Of a stretch of DNA of 64,000 nucleotides, positions 37,518 through 48,684 are shown in pieces; position 1 is the first letter of the stretch, and each line of letters starts with the position of its first letter. Source of the stretch: Candidatus Pyrohabitans jungbluthii (GTDB taxonomy: Archaea; Hydrothermarchaeota; Hydrothermarchaeia; Hydrothermarchaeales; BMS3B). A program made the position numbers and the translations under genes. Location of the stretch: positions 160,001 through 224,000 of the forward strand of contig MTMD02000002.1 of NCBI GenBank assembly GCA_002010065.2, written 5' to 3'. The notes below the pieces were generated by a model. The model saw only the letters and a program-made list of their open reading frames with translations, was not told where the DNA came from and did no database searches.

Positions 37518-38216
37518 TCACCGCCTGCCGGAGTTTTCTTCCCTCTCCTTTTTAATAAAGAATCTGAAGGTATCACTGAGTTCAGCCAAATTTGACGCTA
37601 TTTTCTCCAAATATTCCGGAGACGCCTTTGCAAAATCAGTCACAGTTACAATTCCAACCAATCTACCCTTCTCAGTAACAGGAAGTTTCTTTATTCTTTT
37701 TTCCCTCATAATTTTTGATGCTTTTATTATGTTTGTATAATCTTCGGCAGTAATAACCGGAGAACTCATGATCTCCTCTACCTTCACCTTATCAGGGTCG
37801 CGCTTTGGCACAGAAACCTTTTCGACAAGGTCGCCACTGGTTATTATACCCTCTGGTTTCCCATCTCTATCCACCACAATAAGGCAGCTTATTCTCCTAT
37901 CTGCCATGAGTTTTGCTGCTTCATGGGCGCTTTTATCTCTGGAGATTGTTACTACGTCTCGAGACATTATATCGCAGAGCTTTGGTACGCCCCTGCTCTC
38001 GTAGTCAGAAATCCTTTTCAGAAGCTCGTAGTAGGCATCGTCGTCCAAATCTTTAGCCATAGCATACGTTTGAAGCAGGTGTATCCCCAAGCCGTTTTCT
38101 TTTTCCTCCCATGCGATTATGCAGCGGTTGCATACGTGAAGCGGCTTCCTGATGCCGCTTTCAAAAATCGAAATTGTCTCTGTGCCTTCACCGCATATGG
38201 GGCAGGAGACGCTCAT
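37518..38216 (-). CDS. CBS-pair protein with N-terminal zinc ribbon
   Basis: CPIC...CNRC; two CBS repeats (IMSRDVVTI, IMSSPVIT, LVGIVT). Confidence 0.8.
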   Translation of the reverse strand: MSVSCPICGEGTETISIFESGIRKPLHVCNRCIIAWEEKENGLGIHLLQTYAMAKDLDDDAYYELLKRISDYESRGVPKLCDIMSRDVVTISRDKSAHEAAKLMADRRISCLIVVDRDGKPEGIITSGDLVEKVSVPKRDPDKVKVEEIMSSPVITAEDYTNIIKASKIMREKRIKKLPVTEKGRLVGIVTVTDFAKASPEYLEKIASNLAELSDTFRFFIKKEREENSGRR

Positions 38217-38264
38217 GGAGACACCACATAGTTTTCTGAAAGGAAGGTTTTAAAATTTTTGCCT

Positions 38265-39449
38265 TCAGTAGTTCAGGGGCTCAGCTTTCATGTACTCGCG
38301 GAGCACCGTGGTTGCATAGCTCCCGGGCGGCAGGAAGAACCTGACCACAAGCTTCTTCATGCCCTCGTGGAGTTCGTCCTTGGCGAGGGTGTAGCTTATC
38401 TGTGCCTCTACCGCAGCTTTGCGCGTTGAGCCTGGCATCGCCAGCTCTGGCAGGGATTTAATCCTGAAGTTCTCCAGTGCTATACCCTCTTCTTCCAGCA
38501 CCTCCCGCTCTATCTCTCCCTGCCTGCCAGGCGAAAAGCTCGAATCGTAGCCGAATAGGGGTACCTCCCTGCCCCTGATATCCATCCCTTCTGCAATAAG
38601 CTTACTCAGGATTTTGTTGAAGAGGTAGCTCTGGTAGGCATGCACCAGCATTCGGCGCAGCTTCTTTGGCAGCCTCCGCAGTGCACCCGCGAAATCGCGG
38701 GGGTTCTTGCTCAGCGAGTCCAGCATGTTGCGCTCGTAGTGCAGCCTCGACGGGAAGAGCTCAAGCGCTTTACGATAGTCGCGCGTCTCATCCAGAAACT
38801 TTCTCGCCTCAAAGGCGTCGCTGCGCTCCCCCGGGTAAGGTCTTGCCAGGTAAAGCATAACCGCCTCTTCGAGATTGCCCTGCACTATAGCTTTGCCCAC
38901 CAGGTGGGTGTTTGGCCTCACAGTGCCGAAGCGCTGGTAGCCGAAGTAGTTTGGCACCCCGCGTTGAGAGAGCTGCGCCGTGGTTTCGGCAAGCGTCTCC
39001 TCCAGGTTCTCGCCCTGAAGGCGGCGTATGGTTATTGTGAACTCGTTGCCCAGAAGGTCGCCCAGGTTCACGCGCTCTCTGCACCGGGTGAAGTTGTATA
39101 GCTTCAGCCCGGGTATCGCGAGCTTGGCAAGCTCCTCCTCGCTAATCCGCCATGCAGAGACCCGCTGCCTTGTCAGGGCGCGCTTATCCTTGGTGCCCGC
39201 GTAGCCAAAGCGCTTAAGCGAGACGCGCAGACTGCGCGAGAGCTGAGTGATCGCTCGAATAGTATCCCAGTTGTACTTTTCTAATATAAAATGGACATAC
39301 TCACCCTCGCCGTCGTCGCATGGCTCAAAACGCTCCTCCACAATAAAATCCTCCACGCGAATGCGCAGCTTTCCATTTATCCCTGGGGTATCTGAGATGA
39401 AGTACTCCATTCCCAGAATGTGGTCAAGCTCGTAGGGACTGAGCATCAC
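38265..39449 (-). CDS. truD: tRNA pseudouridine(13) synthase TruD
   Basis: EDFIVEE, YAGTKDKRA, GNEFTI, PNYFGYQRFG, HAYQSYLFN, FFLPPGSYAT. Confidence 0.92.
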   Translation of the reverse strand: MMLSPYELDHILGMEYFISDTPGINGKLRIRVEDFIVEERFEPCDDGEGEYVHFILEKYNWDTIRAITQLSRSLRVSLKRFGYAGTKDKRALTRQRVSAWRISEEELAKLAIPGLKLYNFTRCRERVNLGDLLGNEFTITIRRLQGENLEETLAETTAQLSQRGVPNYFGYQRFGTVRPNTHLVGKAIVQGNLEEAVMLYLARPYPGERSDAFEARKFLDETRDYRKALELFPSRLHYERNMLDSLSKNPRDFAGALRRLPKKLRRMLVHAYQSYLFNKILSKLIAEGMDIRGREVPLFGYDSSFSPGRQGEIEREVLEEEGIALENFRIKSLPELAMPGSTRKAAVEAQISYTLAKDELHEGMKKLVVRFFLPPGSYATTVLREYMKAEPLNY

Positions 39450-41401
39450 TCTGCCCTCAGCTTTGCAATCTTCTCAGCGAGCTTCTCGAGCACCTGCCTG
39501 CGGTAGCCCTCGACAAACTTAATGCTCCCCGCCACCTCGTGTCCACCCCCCGTTACTCCTGCCCCCGGAAGCTCCTCCGCAAGCTCCGCAACAAGGTGGT
39601 TCAGGTTGAGCTTGAACTCAGCTGCAACGTCATCGGTGGCGCGCAGTATCGCAAAGTCCGGGCCATAACCGAGCGTTACAGTGCGTTTGCCCTCATTTTC
39701 CTGCGCCTTTGCATCGTGGAGCAACCCAGTGGTTTTCCCCGGCGGGGGATAGGTGAACTTGTGGGAGTAAAGCTCCAGGTCAAGGGTGTACAGCATTATG
39801 CCGTTAGGCAATCGCGCACTCTTAGCGTTCGCCAGCACAGCGCGAAGCTGCACCTCTTTAGCCTTCGAGGCTTCTTCGCCAATCGCTTCCATGAGCATGC
39901 GCTGCCTGTCCAGCCTGCCAAGCCCCAGTAAGTCCTCAATCAGCGTCTTGCCGTCCATGAAGCGCAGGTAGAAAGCCTCGAAGTCCACGCATTCTGCGAT
40001 ACGCTCCATATCTTCTACGCTGTACCCCTTCTCCTGGGCAAGAGCTATGTACGCCTCTGCTACGTCGCCCTTAACCCTGTCGGCGACGCAGGCTATGCCC
40101 GCGAGGTGCCGAAGCTTGTCGCTAAGCTCGGGGTTGATCAGGCGAGCGATTTCCACGCCCAGGCAGCCCGCGGTGAGGGAATAGTCTCCTTCTGCCAGGT
40201 AAGGGTTCACATGGATATCCACAAGCTCATCCACCTCGGCTTTGCCATCCCGCACCTCACCCGGGTAGTGGTGGTCCACCACTATAACTTTAGAACCATA
40301 AATTTTGAACTTACGTATTGCTGGCATGTCCTCGTAGGTGGAGCCGTTGTCTAGGATAACCACGAGGGGCATGCGCTGCCCAAATCTGCGAGCATCCTCG
40401 TGCGCATACTGCAGGTCGCGCACCACATCCTCCATCTCATAGAAGGGCGCTCTGCTGGGGGACCTTCGAAACAGATGCCACTCTGCTTCGCGATCTGGCG
40501 AATGCTCCCGCAGCAGAGGCAAGAGTGCCTGCTCTATTGCTACAGCCGCGACGAAGCCGTCTGTATCGCCGTGGTGGCGCAGCACAATAGGCACGCCCGT
40601 AAATACTGCTCTTCTCAGCTCCCGCGCAACCTCCCGCATCTTGGGGTAGAGTCTTTCCAGAACATCGCTTTTTACGAGAGGTTCAAGCTTAGCAGGCTCC
40701 GCCTTGGCCTCTATCGCTCTGTCTATCGCAGCCTTCACTTGGGTAAGCTCCGCCCCGTACAGCTTTTCCATGTCTTTAACTTCGACCTGCACGCGGTCAA
40801 GGCGGAACACAACCTCACCGCGCACCTCTACCACGCTATCAACGTCGATGCTCGGGTACGCTCTTTCCCCCTTTGCAAAGGCGACGCACTCGATGGCATC
40901 GCTCTCGTCGTAGACGGTGAATATCGTCGGTCCCGAGGTGCGCTGCACCTTAGCCACGATGCCACGGATGCGCAGCGCTTGTCCAACTTCGCCCATGCCT
41001 ATGTCCGCAATCTTCCACAGCTTCAGCGACTTCTTCAGCGGAATTAAGGTGTAGTTCTTCCCCTCCCAGGGCAGTAAATCAAGCTTGCCCTCGTTCAGGT
41101 TGAGCCTCCTCGCCTTTACCACCACCTCCTCGTTTAGGCTGTACTCCCGCTTTGCGTCCCGCTTGCGGAGCAGTCCGACTACGCTATCGTTTAGCGCAAT
41201 GAAGTACCCTATATCATGGATGCGCTTCACCCTGCCTAAGTAATTCCTGTTCAGCAGCACATCCTCGTAGCCCGCCAGAGGGTCTAACTCAAGCACTATC
41301 TCATGCTTCTTGTCGCAGGCGTCGCACACCAGAAGCTTTGTCTTCGCATCCAGGCTAGAGCCACACAACACGCAGCGCTTTGCCTCTCCATTCCCATTCA
41401 T
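39446..41401 (-). CDS. archaeal RecJ-like DHH phosphoesterase with Zn finger, S1 and OB domains
   Basis: RHHGDTDG, LDNGST, VDHH, GGGHEVAG; N-terminal CxxC...CxxC. Confidence 0.88.
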   Translation of the reverse strand: MNGNGEAKRCVLCGSSLDAKTKLLVCDACDKKHEIVLELDPLAGYEDVLLNRNYLGRVKRIHDIGYFIALNDSVVGLLRKRDAKREYSLNEEVVVKARRLNLNEGKLDLLPWEGKNYTLIPLKKSLKLWKIADIGMGEVGQALRIRGIVAKVQRTSGPTIFTVYDESDAIECVAFAKGERAYPSIDVDSVVEVRGEVVFRLDRVQVEVKDMEKLYGAELTQVKAAIDRAIEAKAEPAKLEPLVKSDVLERLYPKMREVARELRRAVFTGVPIVLRHHGDTDGFVAAVAIEQALLPLLREHSPDREAEWHLFRRSPSRAPFYEMEDVVRDLQYAHEDARRFGQRMPLVVILDNGSTYEDMPAIRKFKIYGSKVIVVDHHYPGEVRDGKAEVDELVDIHVNPYLAEGDYSLTAGCLGVEIARLINPELSDKLRHLAGIACVADRVKGDVAEAYIALAQEKGYSVEDMERIAECVDFEAFYLRFMDGKTLIEDLLGLGRLDRQRMLMEAIGEEASKAKEVQLRAVLANAKSARLPNGIMLYTLDLELYSHKFTYPPPGKTTGLLHDAKAQENEGKRTVTLGYGPDFAILRATDDVAAEFKLNLNHLVAELAEELPGAGVTGGGHEVAGSIKFVEGYRRQVLEKLAEKIAKLRAE

Positions 41402-41429
41402 CTTCAGCCTTTACCTCGCCGTGAGGTAA

Positions 41430-41445
41430 CATTCGCAATGTTGCA
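41430..41445 (+). repeat. left copy of the 16-bp direct repeat flanking vapBC
   Basis: CATTCGCAATGTTGCA; the right copy CATTTGCAATGTTGCA is at 42071-42086. Confidence 0.7.
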
Positions 41446-41446
41446 T

Positions 41447-41836
41447 CTACGCCAGCGGGTCTACCCTTGCTACCCCTTCAATTTCATCGAAAAGGGAGTC
41501 GGTGGACATAATCTTCTCTCCCTCGTGCAGAACGTGGGCAAGGTGCAGCGAGTCGAAGATGTTAAGCTTTGGATATTTCTCCAGAAGCTCCTTTGAAAGC
41601 TGGAGCACTTCCTCTGTCAGAGGGAGCACCTCTACTCTAAGCTCTCTTACTCTATCAAGCACATCAGTAGCACTGCTGCGCGAATCCTCCCTTAGAAGTA
41701 CTATCTGGCACTCCACTATGGTTATTGCGGAGGTTTTCAGCTTTTCATTCACCTCTCCAAGCTTTTTCTCGACACTTTCCTTCAGCCAGTCACGCTCTTT
41801 GAGCTGGGAAAGGATTACGTCAGTATCGAGGTACAC
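41447..41836 (-). CDS. vapC: PIN-domain toxin VapC
   Basis: YLDTDVI, SAITIVE, FDSLHLA, STDSLFD. Confidence 0.9.
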   Translation of the reverse strand: MYLDTDVILSQLKERDWLKESVEKKLGEVNEKLKTSAITIVECQIVLLREDSRSSATDVLDRVRELRVEVLPLTEEVLQLSKELLEKYPKLNIFDSLHLAHVLHEGEKIMSTDSLFDEIEGVARVDPLA

Positions 41837-42038
41837 GCCTCTCAAGCCTCTCCTTTATCATTTCATATGCGTACTCTTCCCCTCTCTCGTGGACTCTGCC
41901 CTCCACCAGCAAGAGCAGACGTGCGCCGTACCTCAGCGCCTCAGCGCGGGAGGAGAACATCCCCCTTTTAACCAGCTCGTCTATCTTCTTTACCAGCCCC
42001 TCAGGAAGAGGCACTGGCACAATCACGCGCTTGCCCAT
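41820..42038 (-). CDS. RHH antitoxin (VapB-like)
   Basis: VPVPLPEGLVKKIDELVKRGMFSSRAEALR; overlaps the vapC start. Confidence 0.85.
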   Translation of the reverse strand: MGKRVIVPVPLPEGLVKKIDELVKRGMFSSRAEALRYGARLLLLVEGRVHERGEEYAYEMIKERLERRVPRY

Positions 42039-42050
42039 GACAACCACTTA

Positions 42051-42064
42051 TATACATATGTATA
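42051..42064. promoter_or_regulatory. palindromic operator candidate in the vapBC promoter
   Basis: Perfect palindrome TATACATATGTATA just upstream of the antitoxin start. Confidence 0.55.
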
Positions 42065-42070
42065 AAATAC

Positions 42071-42086
42071 CATTTGCAATGTTGCA
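42071..42086 (+). repeat. right copy of the 16-bp direct repeat flanking vapBC
   Basis: CATTTGCAATGTTGCA, one mismatch to 41430-41445. Confidence 0.7.
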
Positions 42087-42116
42087 CCCGCAGTTGTTAA
42101 CCTTCCTGTATCTTAC

Positions 42117-42575
42117 ATGGAAGGAAAAGCATTCTCGCTCGCTGACAGAGAGGTGCTCCGCAGCTACGCCGCCTTCTTGGCAAGAGTGGAGCAGGCGATG
42201 GAGGAGCTAAGGAAGCGGCTCTCCAGGAAATTGGGGCTTATCCAAGCCAGCGATGTGCGCAGCGGGAGAGGTTACGTTTACTTCTGCTCCCTCCGCGGGG
42301 GCGCTGAGATCTGTCCCGGAATAAAATACGGGGAGGAGTTCATAATAAAGCCGGTGCTCTGGATAGCGACGCAGGCGCAGCTTGAAGCACTGGACTATGC
42401 AAGAGATGAGGAGTTTCCAGAGTACTACATTAAAGAGGGCGAGCTTGACGAAGCCTTCTTCGAAAAGAGCTTTGAAAAGCAGGTGGACGAGCTTGAGAGC
42501 TTCTTCGTAGAGGAGGTGCGCAGGCTGAAGCTTCTCGGGATTATAGACGATTTCTCACCCACAGCAATGGGCTAA
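42117..42575 (+). CDS. hypothetical protein
   Basis: 152-aa ORF with host-like codon usage; no motif recognised. Confidence 0.6.
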   Translation: MEGKAFSLADREVLRSYAAFLARVEQAMEELRKRLSRKLGLIQASDVRSGRGYVYFCSLRGGAEICPGIKYGEEFIIKPVLWIATQAQLEALDYARDEEFPEYYIKEGELDEAFFEKSFEKQVDELESFFVEEVRRLKLLGIIDDFSPTAMG

Positions 42576-43120
42576 CTCGAGCTTCCGATGCGTATCCTGA
42601 GCTTTGTCAGGTCTTCCTTAATCTCAACGTCAAATCCCATGCCTGCGAAGACCTCTTCCAGGAAGATCTTGACAAACTTCTTCGCTGTGTCGGACCCAAA
42701 AACTAGGGTGAATTCGTTCTCAGAAGGCGTGCTCAAGGTGAAGAAGTTGCACGCCTCTAAGCGAAGGATGACGTCCCGTGGTGACTTAACTTTACCCTGA
42801 AGCTGCTCCGCATGGGAGCGTGCAACCCTGCGGTGGTCCTCCCAGAACTTCTCGGGGTTGGGGCTCTCCTCTATCAGCTTGAGGAACTGCTGCCAGTGGT
42901 CCACGTCGAGAATAACATGCTCCCCTCCTGCGAGCATGTCTATGTAGAGGTCCAGCTTTTCTTTTTCCACGAGGCGATGCTTGCTGTGCTCCGCGTATAT
43001 TTTCAGCGCATTCCTAAATATCTCGCTCTGAGAAAGCTTTGTCTCCTTCTTAAGCCTTTCAAAAAGCTCTGCGCTCTTAGCGTCGAGGGCTATTGTGACT
43101 CGAGTTGGAACCTTCATCAT
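42572..43120 (-). CDS. CopG/RHH regulator with C-terminal V4R-like putative ligand-binding domain
   Basis: RVTIALD...LSQSEIFRNAL RHH; GEHVILDVDHW and LEACNFF in the C-terminal domain. Confidence 0.75.
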   Translation of the reverse strand: MMKVPTRVTIALDAKSAELFERLKKETKLSQSEIFRNALKIYAEHSKHRLVEKEKLDLYIDMLAGGEHVILDVDHWQQFLKLIEESPNPEKFWEDHRRVARSHAEQLQGKVKSPRDVILRLEACNFFTLSTPSENEFTLVFGSDTAKKFVKIFLEEVFAGMGFDVEIKEDLTKLRIRIGSSS

Positions 43121-43308
43121 ACTAACTTCCTCTTCAGCCTTTTAAATATTTACTTCTTAACCTCTTGCAAAGCATGTGTATGTCGTACTTATGAAAACCT
43201 CTTAATTTTTATGAAAACTTCCTAAAAATTTGTAATTTTTCTTAAATACCTTTTTATATGCCGATATCAAAAATTTGCCTGTAAAATTTCAAGGAGGTAG
43301 AACAAAAA

Positions 43309-44946
<1,638 letters not shown>

Positions 44947-45076
44947 CATATACTTTTGCTTTTATAATTTATGTAAAGTTTATTACGCTTAGTACGTATT
45001 AAAATAAAATGTAAATCTTATTGAAACTCTAATATACCTAACATAACACCTTACTTTCTCTGTTGCACTTAGACTA

Positions 45077-45730
45077 TCACTTCACCCACACCCTCCGCCC
45101 CTCTACCATGTAAACTATCCTCGCCCCGGTCTTAGCTGCTATGTCGCCTATTCTCTCAAGATAGCGAGCCACGAAGAGCAGGTCAGTGGCGTCGTCTATT
45201 TTGCGCGGGTCGCGAACCATAAAGGAGATAAGCTCATTGTAGATCTGGGTGTAGAGATCGTCCAGCAGGTCGTCCTTCTCCACAAGCTTGTCTGTATCCG
45301 GCGAGACGTGCTTAGATATTGCCTCAAGGTCCATGTCAATCATCTCGGCTATCGTGGTTGCCATCCGCGGGATGTCGATCAGTGGCTTGAGCAGCTCCCT
45401 CTTCTCATACTTCTGCGCAATCTCCGCAATCTTCAACGCCAGGTCTGCGATGCGCTCAAAGTTGTCGCTGATCTTTATCATCGCATTCACAAAGCGCAGG
45501 TCTCTCGCCACGGGCTGCTGGAGCGCCATGAGCTTTAAAGCGCTTTCGTCTATGTTCAGGTTGAGAATGTCGCTCTTTTCCTCCAGCTCCCCCACTTTCC
45601 CGGCTTTCTCTACATCCCTCTCCTTAAGCGACTCCACGCTCAGAAGCACCGCCTGCTTCGCAATGCCTCCAAGCTCCAGAACCTCTTCGCGAATCTTCTC
45701 CATCCCCCGCTCTAACGGAGTTCTCGGCAA
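45077..45730 (-). CDS. phoU: phosphate signalling protein PhoU
   Basis: QQPVARDLR, ERIAD, DDLLD, LERIGD. Confidence 0.93.
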   Translation of the reverse strand: MPRTPLERGMEKIREEVLELGGIAKQAVLLSVESLKERDVEKAGKVGELEEKSDILNLNIDESALKLMALQQPVARDLRFVNAMIKISDNFERIADLALKIAEIAQKYEKRELLKPLIDIPRMATTIAEMIDMDLEAISKHVSPDTDKLVEKDDLLDDLYTQIYNELISFMVRDPRKIDDATDLLFVARYLERIGDIAAKTGARIVYMVEGRRVWVK

Positions 45731-45732
45731 TT

Positions 45733-46134
45733 TTAACCCTCCATCTCTTCAATCAGTCTGAGCACCCTCGTCTTAATCTCGTCTCTGACTCTGCGGAACT
45801 CCTCTATGCTCTTGCCCTTCGGGTCGGGAAGCGCCCAATCTTCGACCTTGCCACTGCTCAGCAGAAACGCAGGGCATGACTCTCGCGATAGGCAGCCCAT
45901 GGTTACTATTCGCTTTGCCACTGCCGCCATCTCCTGAGTCAGAAGCTTTGGCTTCTCATTGCTTATGTCTATGCCAGCCTCCCGCATGACCTCAATCGCC
46001 TTGCTGCTCACCCTCGGCGCAGGCTCTGTGCCAGCGCTCTCTGCACTGGTTCTCTTCGCAAAGGCGTTGTAAAATCCCTTCGCCATTTGCGAGCGAGCGG
46101 AATTGCCCACGCACACAAAAAGCACATCCATCAT
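45733..46134 (-). CDS. arsC: thioredoxin-type arsenate reductase (LMW-PTP fold)
   Basis: [19 protein letters not shown]...ESCP, WALPDP. Confidence 0.85.
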   Translation of the reverse strand: MMDVLFVCVGNSARSQMAKGFYNAFAKRTSAESAGTEPAPRVSSKAIEVMREAGIDISNEKPKLLTQEMAAVAKRIVTMGCLSRESCPAFLLSSGKVEDWALPDPKGKSIEEFRRVRDEIKTRVLRLIEEMEG

Positions 46135-46889
46135 CCGAACCTCCCTGTAATGTAGTCTTCAGTGCGTTTATCTCTTGGATTTTCGAATATCTGCGCCGTC
46201 TCTCCATACTCTATAAGCTCTCCCATCAGGAAGAACGCTGTGAAGTCAGCGATACGCGCCGCCTGCTGCATGTTGTGGGTGACTATAACTATGGTATAGT
46301 TCTCTTTAAGCTCAAGTATCAAATCCTCTATTTTGGCGGTTGCCACCGGGTCTAAAGCGGAGCACGGCTCGTCGAAGAGTATCACCTCTGGCTCAACCGC
46401 GAGCGCTCTGGCGATGCAGAGGCGTTGCTGCTGTCCACCGCTGAGTGAGAGGGGGCTGTCCTTCAGCCTGTGCTTGACCTCGTCCCACAGCGCCGCCTTC
46501 CTGAGGCTATCCTCAACTATCTCGTCAAGCTTAGCCTTCATGCCGTGAATTTTTGGACCATAGGCGATGTTGTCGTATATGCTCATCGCAGGAAATGGGT
46601 TGGGCTTCTGGAAGACCATACCCACACGCCTGCGAATATCCACGGGGTCGACGTCGCTGTCATAGATGTTCTTTCCGTCCAGCAGTACCCTGCCATTGAC
46701 CCATGCACTGGGAACGAGTTCGTGGATTCTGTTCAGACAGCGTACAAATGTGCTCTTGCCACAGCCGCTCGGCCCTATGATCGCCGTAACCCTGTTTTTG
46801 GGTATGTTAATGCTAATGTTTTTGAGCACATGTGTGCTTCCAAACCCGGCATTTAGATCGAGCACTTCAATTTTGTTCCCCATCACCAT
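46131..46889 (-). CDS. pstB: phosphate ABC transporter ATPase
   Basis: [41 protein letters not shown]. Confidence 0.96.
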   Translation of the reverse strand: MVMGNKIEVLDLNAGFGSTHVLKNISINIPKNRVTAIIGPSGCGKSTFVRCLNRIHELVPSAWVNGRVLLDGKNIYDSDVDPVDIRRRVGMVFQKPNPFPAMSIYDNIAYGPKIHGMKAKLDEIVEDSLRKAALWDEVKHRLKDSPLSLSGGQQQRLCIARALAVEPEVILFDEPCSALDPVATAKIEDLILELKENYTIVIVTHNMQQAARIADFTAFFLMGELIEYGETAQIFENPRDKRTEDYITGRFG

Positions 46890-47713
46890 CTCCTTCCTGC
46901 CGCGAGCTTAATGCCTATGTTCAGGACTAATATCATTGCCACCAGCACAAGGGCACTGCCCCAGGCTTGAGCATGCCAGTCCTCAAAAGGCGAAATAGCA
47001 TAGGTGTATATCATCACCGGCAGCGTTGCCACGGGGTTCATTACTCCGTCGAACCAGAAACGGTTGTTAAAGGCTGTGAAGAGCAGCGGTGCAGTCTCGC
47101 CGGCGATGCGCGCGATTGTTAAAAGCACGCCGGTGATGATACCAAACCTCGCCGTAGAGAGCACCACCGCCAAGGAGGTTTTCCACCTCGGCGCGCCCAG
47201 CGCGAGGGAAGCTTCTCTCAGCTCTGCGGGCACCAGCTTCATCGCCTCCTCTGTGGTTCTCACAATGAAGGGTATCATCATTGTAGCGAGGGCCACACCT
47301 CCGGCGAGAGCGGAGAAGCCGCCGAAACGCAGCACGATTAACAGGTAGGCGAAGATTCCTGTAATTATTGAGGGCACACCCGTTAGAACGTCGGCGGTAA
47401 AGCTCACAATTCTGCTCAGGCGAGAGTTTGGAAACTCGGCTAAGTACATCCCAGCACCTATGCCCAGGGGGATTCCAATAATGCTCGCTATCCCGACAAC
47501 AATGAAGCTCCCCTGAATCGCATTTCCAAATCCTCCACCTGCTTCTCTCGCTGGAGTGGGCAGCTTCGTCAGGAAGTCTATGCTTATTACGGAGAAACCT
47601 TTAACAAAAATGGTGTACAGCATGCTTCCCAGGGGGATTATTGCAAGCGCAGTGCTGGCGATGCAGAAGAATGTAAAGAGCCTGTCCATGGCTTTTCTGC
47701 TGAGCATATTCAA
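46883..47713 (-). CDS. pstA: phosphate ABC transporter permease
   Basis: [23 protein letters not shown]. Confidence 0.93.
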   Translation of the reverse strand: MNMLSRKAMDRLFTFFCIASTALAIIPLGSMLYTIFVKGFSVISIDFLTKLPTPAREAGGGFGNAIQGSFIVVGIASIIGIPLGIGAGMYLAEFPNSRLSRIVSFTADVLTGVPSIITGIFAYLLIVLRFGGFSALAGGVALATMMIPFIVRTTEEAMKLVPAELREASLALGAPRWKTSLAVVLSTARFGIITGVLLTIARIAGETAPLLFTAFNNRFWFDGVMNPVATLPVMIYTYAISPFEDWHAQAWGSALVLVAMILVLNIGIKLAAGRRW

Positions 47714-48675
47714 CTCAGACCCTCCTCAAGCTTGAGGTACTTCCAGGTAATCACCCTTGCTATGATGTTCACCACCATGGATATGGCGAAGAGCACCAGC
47801 CCAATTTCTATTAAAGCCGCGAGGTAGACGTCGTCGGTAGCCTCTGTGAACTCATTCGCAATAACCGCCGCCATCGTGTAGCCCGGGTGGAGTAGAGAGG
47901 TGAAAATCTGCGGGTTGTTGCCTATTACCATGGTCACCGCCATGGTCTCGCCTATCGCCCTGCCCAGGCCGAGCATAACCGCTCCGAATATTGCACCCTT
48001 TGCATAGGGGAGTACCACACTTATAATCGTCTCAAACCGCGTTGCGCCCAATGCAAGGGCGCCCTCCTTCTGCAAACTTGGCACTGCAAGAATAGCCTCC
48101 CTCGAAACAGAGGAAATTATGGGTATAATCATTATTGCAAGCACTAGGCCAGCGGTCAGCACGGAATAGCCGTACGCAGGCCCTTTAAATAATGGCAGAA
48201 AGCCCAGGTAATTCATTAACGGAGGGGCGAGGTGCTCCCTTACGAACGGTGCGAGCACAAATATCCCCCAGAGGCCTATAATCACACTTGGTATGGCTGC
48301 GAGAAGCTCTACCACCGGAGATAATATCGCTCTAACACGCGACGAGGCAATTTCTGTGAGGTACACCGCTATGCCTAGGCTGAGAGGTACGCCTATCAGC
48401 AGTGCGAGCATCGAAGATACAATGGTGCCGTAGATAAAAGGTAAAGCTCCGAACTCGCCGGTAACCGGATTCCAGGCGGTGCTGAAGAGGAACTCTAAGC
48501 CGAAGGTGGACAGCGCTGGCCAAGAACCTTTGATCAGCTCTCTTAACAGCAGGGCCGCTAAAACTATAACGCTGATTATAGAAATAACACCCAGAAATAT
48601 CTGAAATAAGGTATCATGGGTGAATTTCCAACTTTTACCATTTAAAATTGAAAAAGAAGGCACGCGAAGCTTCAT
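47710..48675 (-). CDS. pstC: phosphate ABC transporter permease
   Basis: ELLAAIPSV, GRAIGETMAV, IANEF. Confidence 0.93.
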   Translation of the reverse strand: MKLRVPSFSILNGKSWKFTHDTLFQIFLGVISIISVIVLAALLLRELIKGSWPALSTFGLEFLFSTAWNPVTGEFGALPFIYGTIVSSMLALLIGVPLSLGIAVYLTEIASSRVRAILSPVVELLAAIPSVIIGLWGIFVLAPFVREHLAPPLMNYLGFLPLFKGPAYGYSVLTAGLVLAIMIIPIISSVSREAILAVPSLQKEGALALGATRFETIISVVLPYAKGAIFGAVMLGLGRAIGETMAVTMVIGNNPQIFTSLLHPGYTMAAVIANEFTEATDDVYLAALIEIGLVLFAISMVVNIIARVITWKYLKLEEGLS

Positions 48676-48684
48676 CTCCCCACC

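Noticed and set aside
44947-45076. Very AT-rich gap between glnK and phoU as a possible replication origin
   Set aside because: No ORB-like repeats or cdc6/orc1 nearby; consistent with a convergent terminator region.
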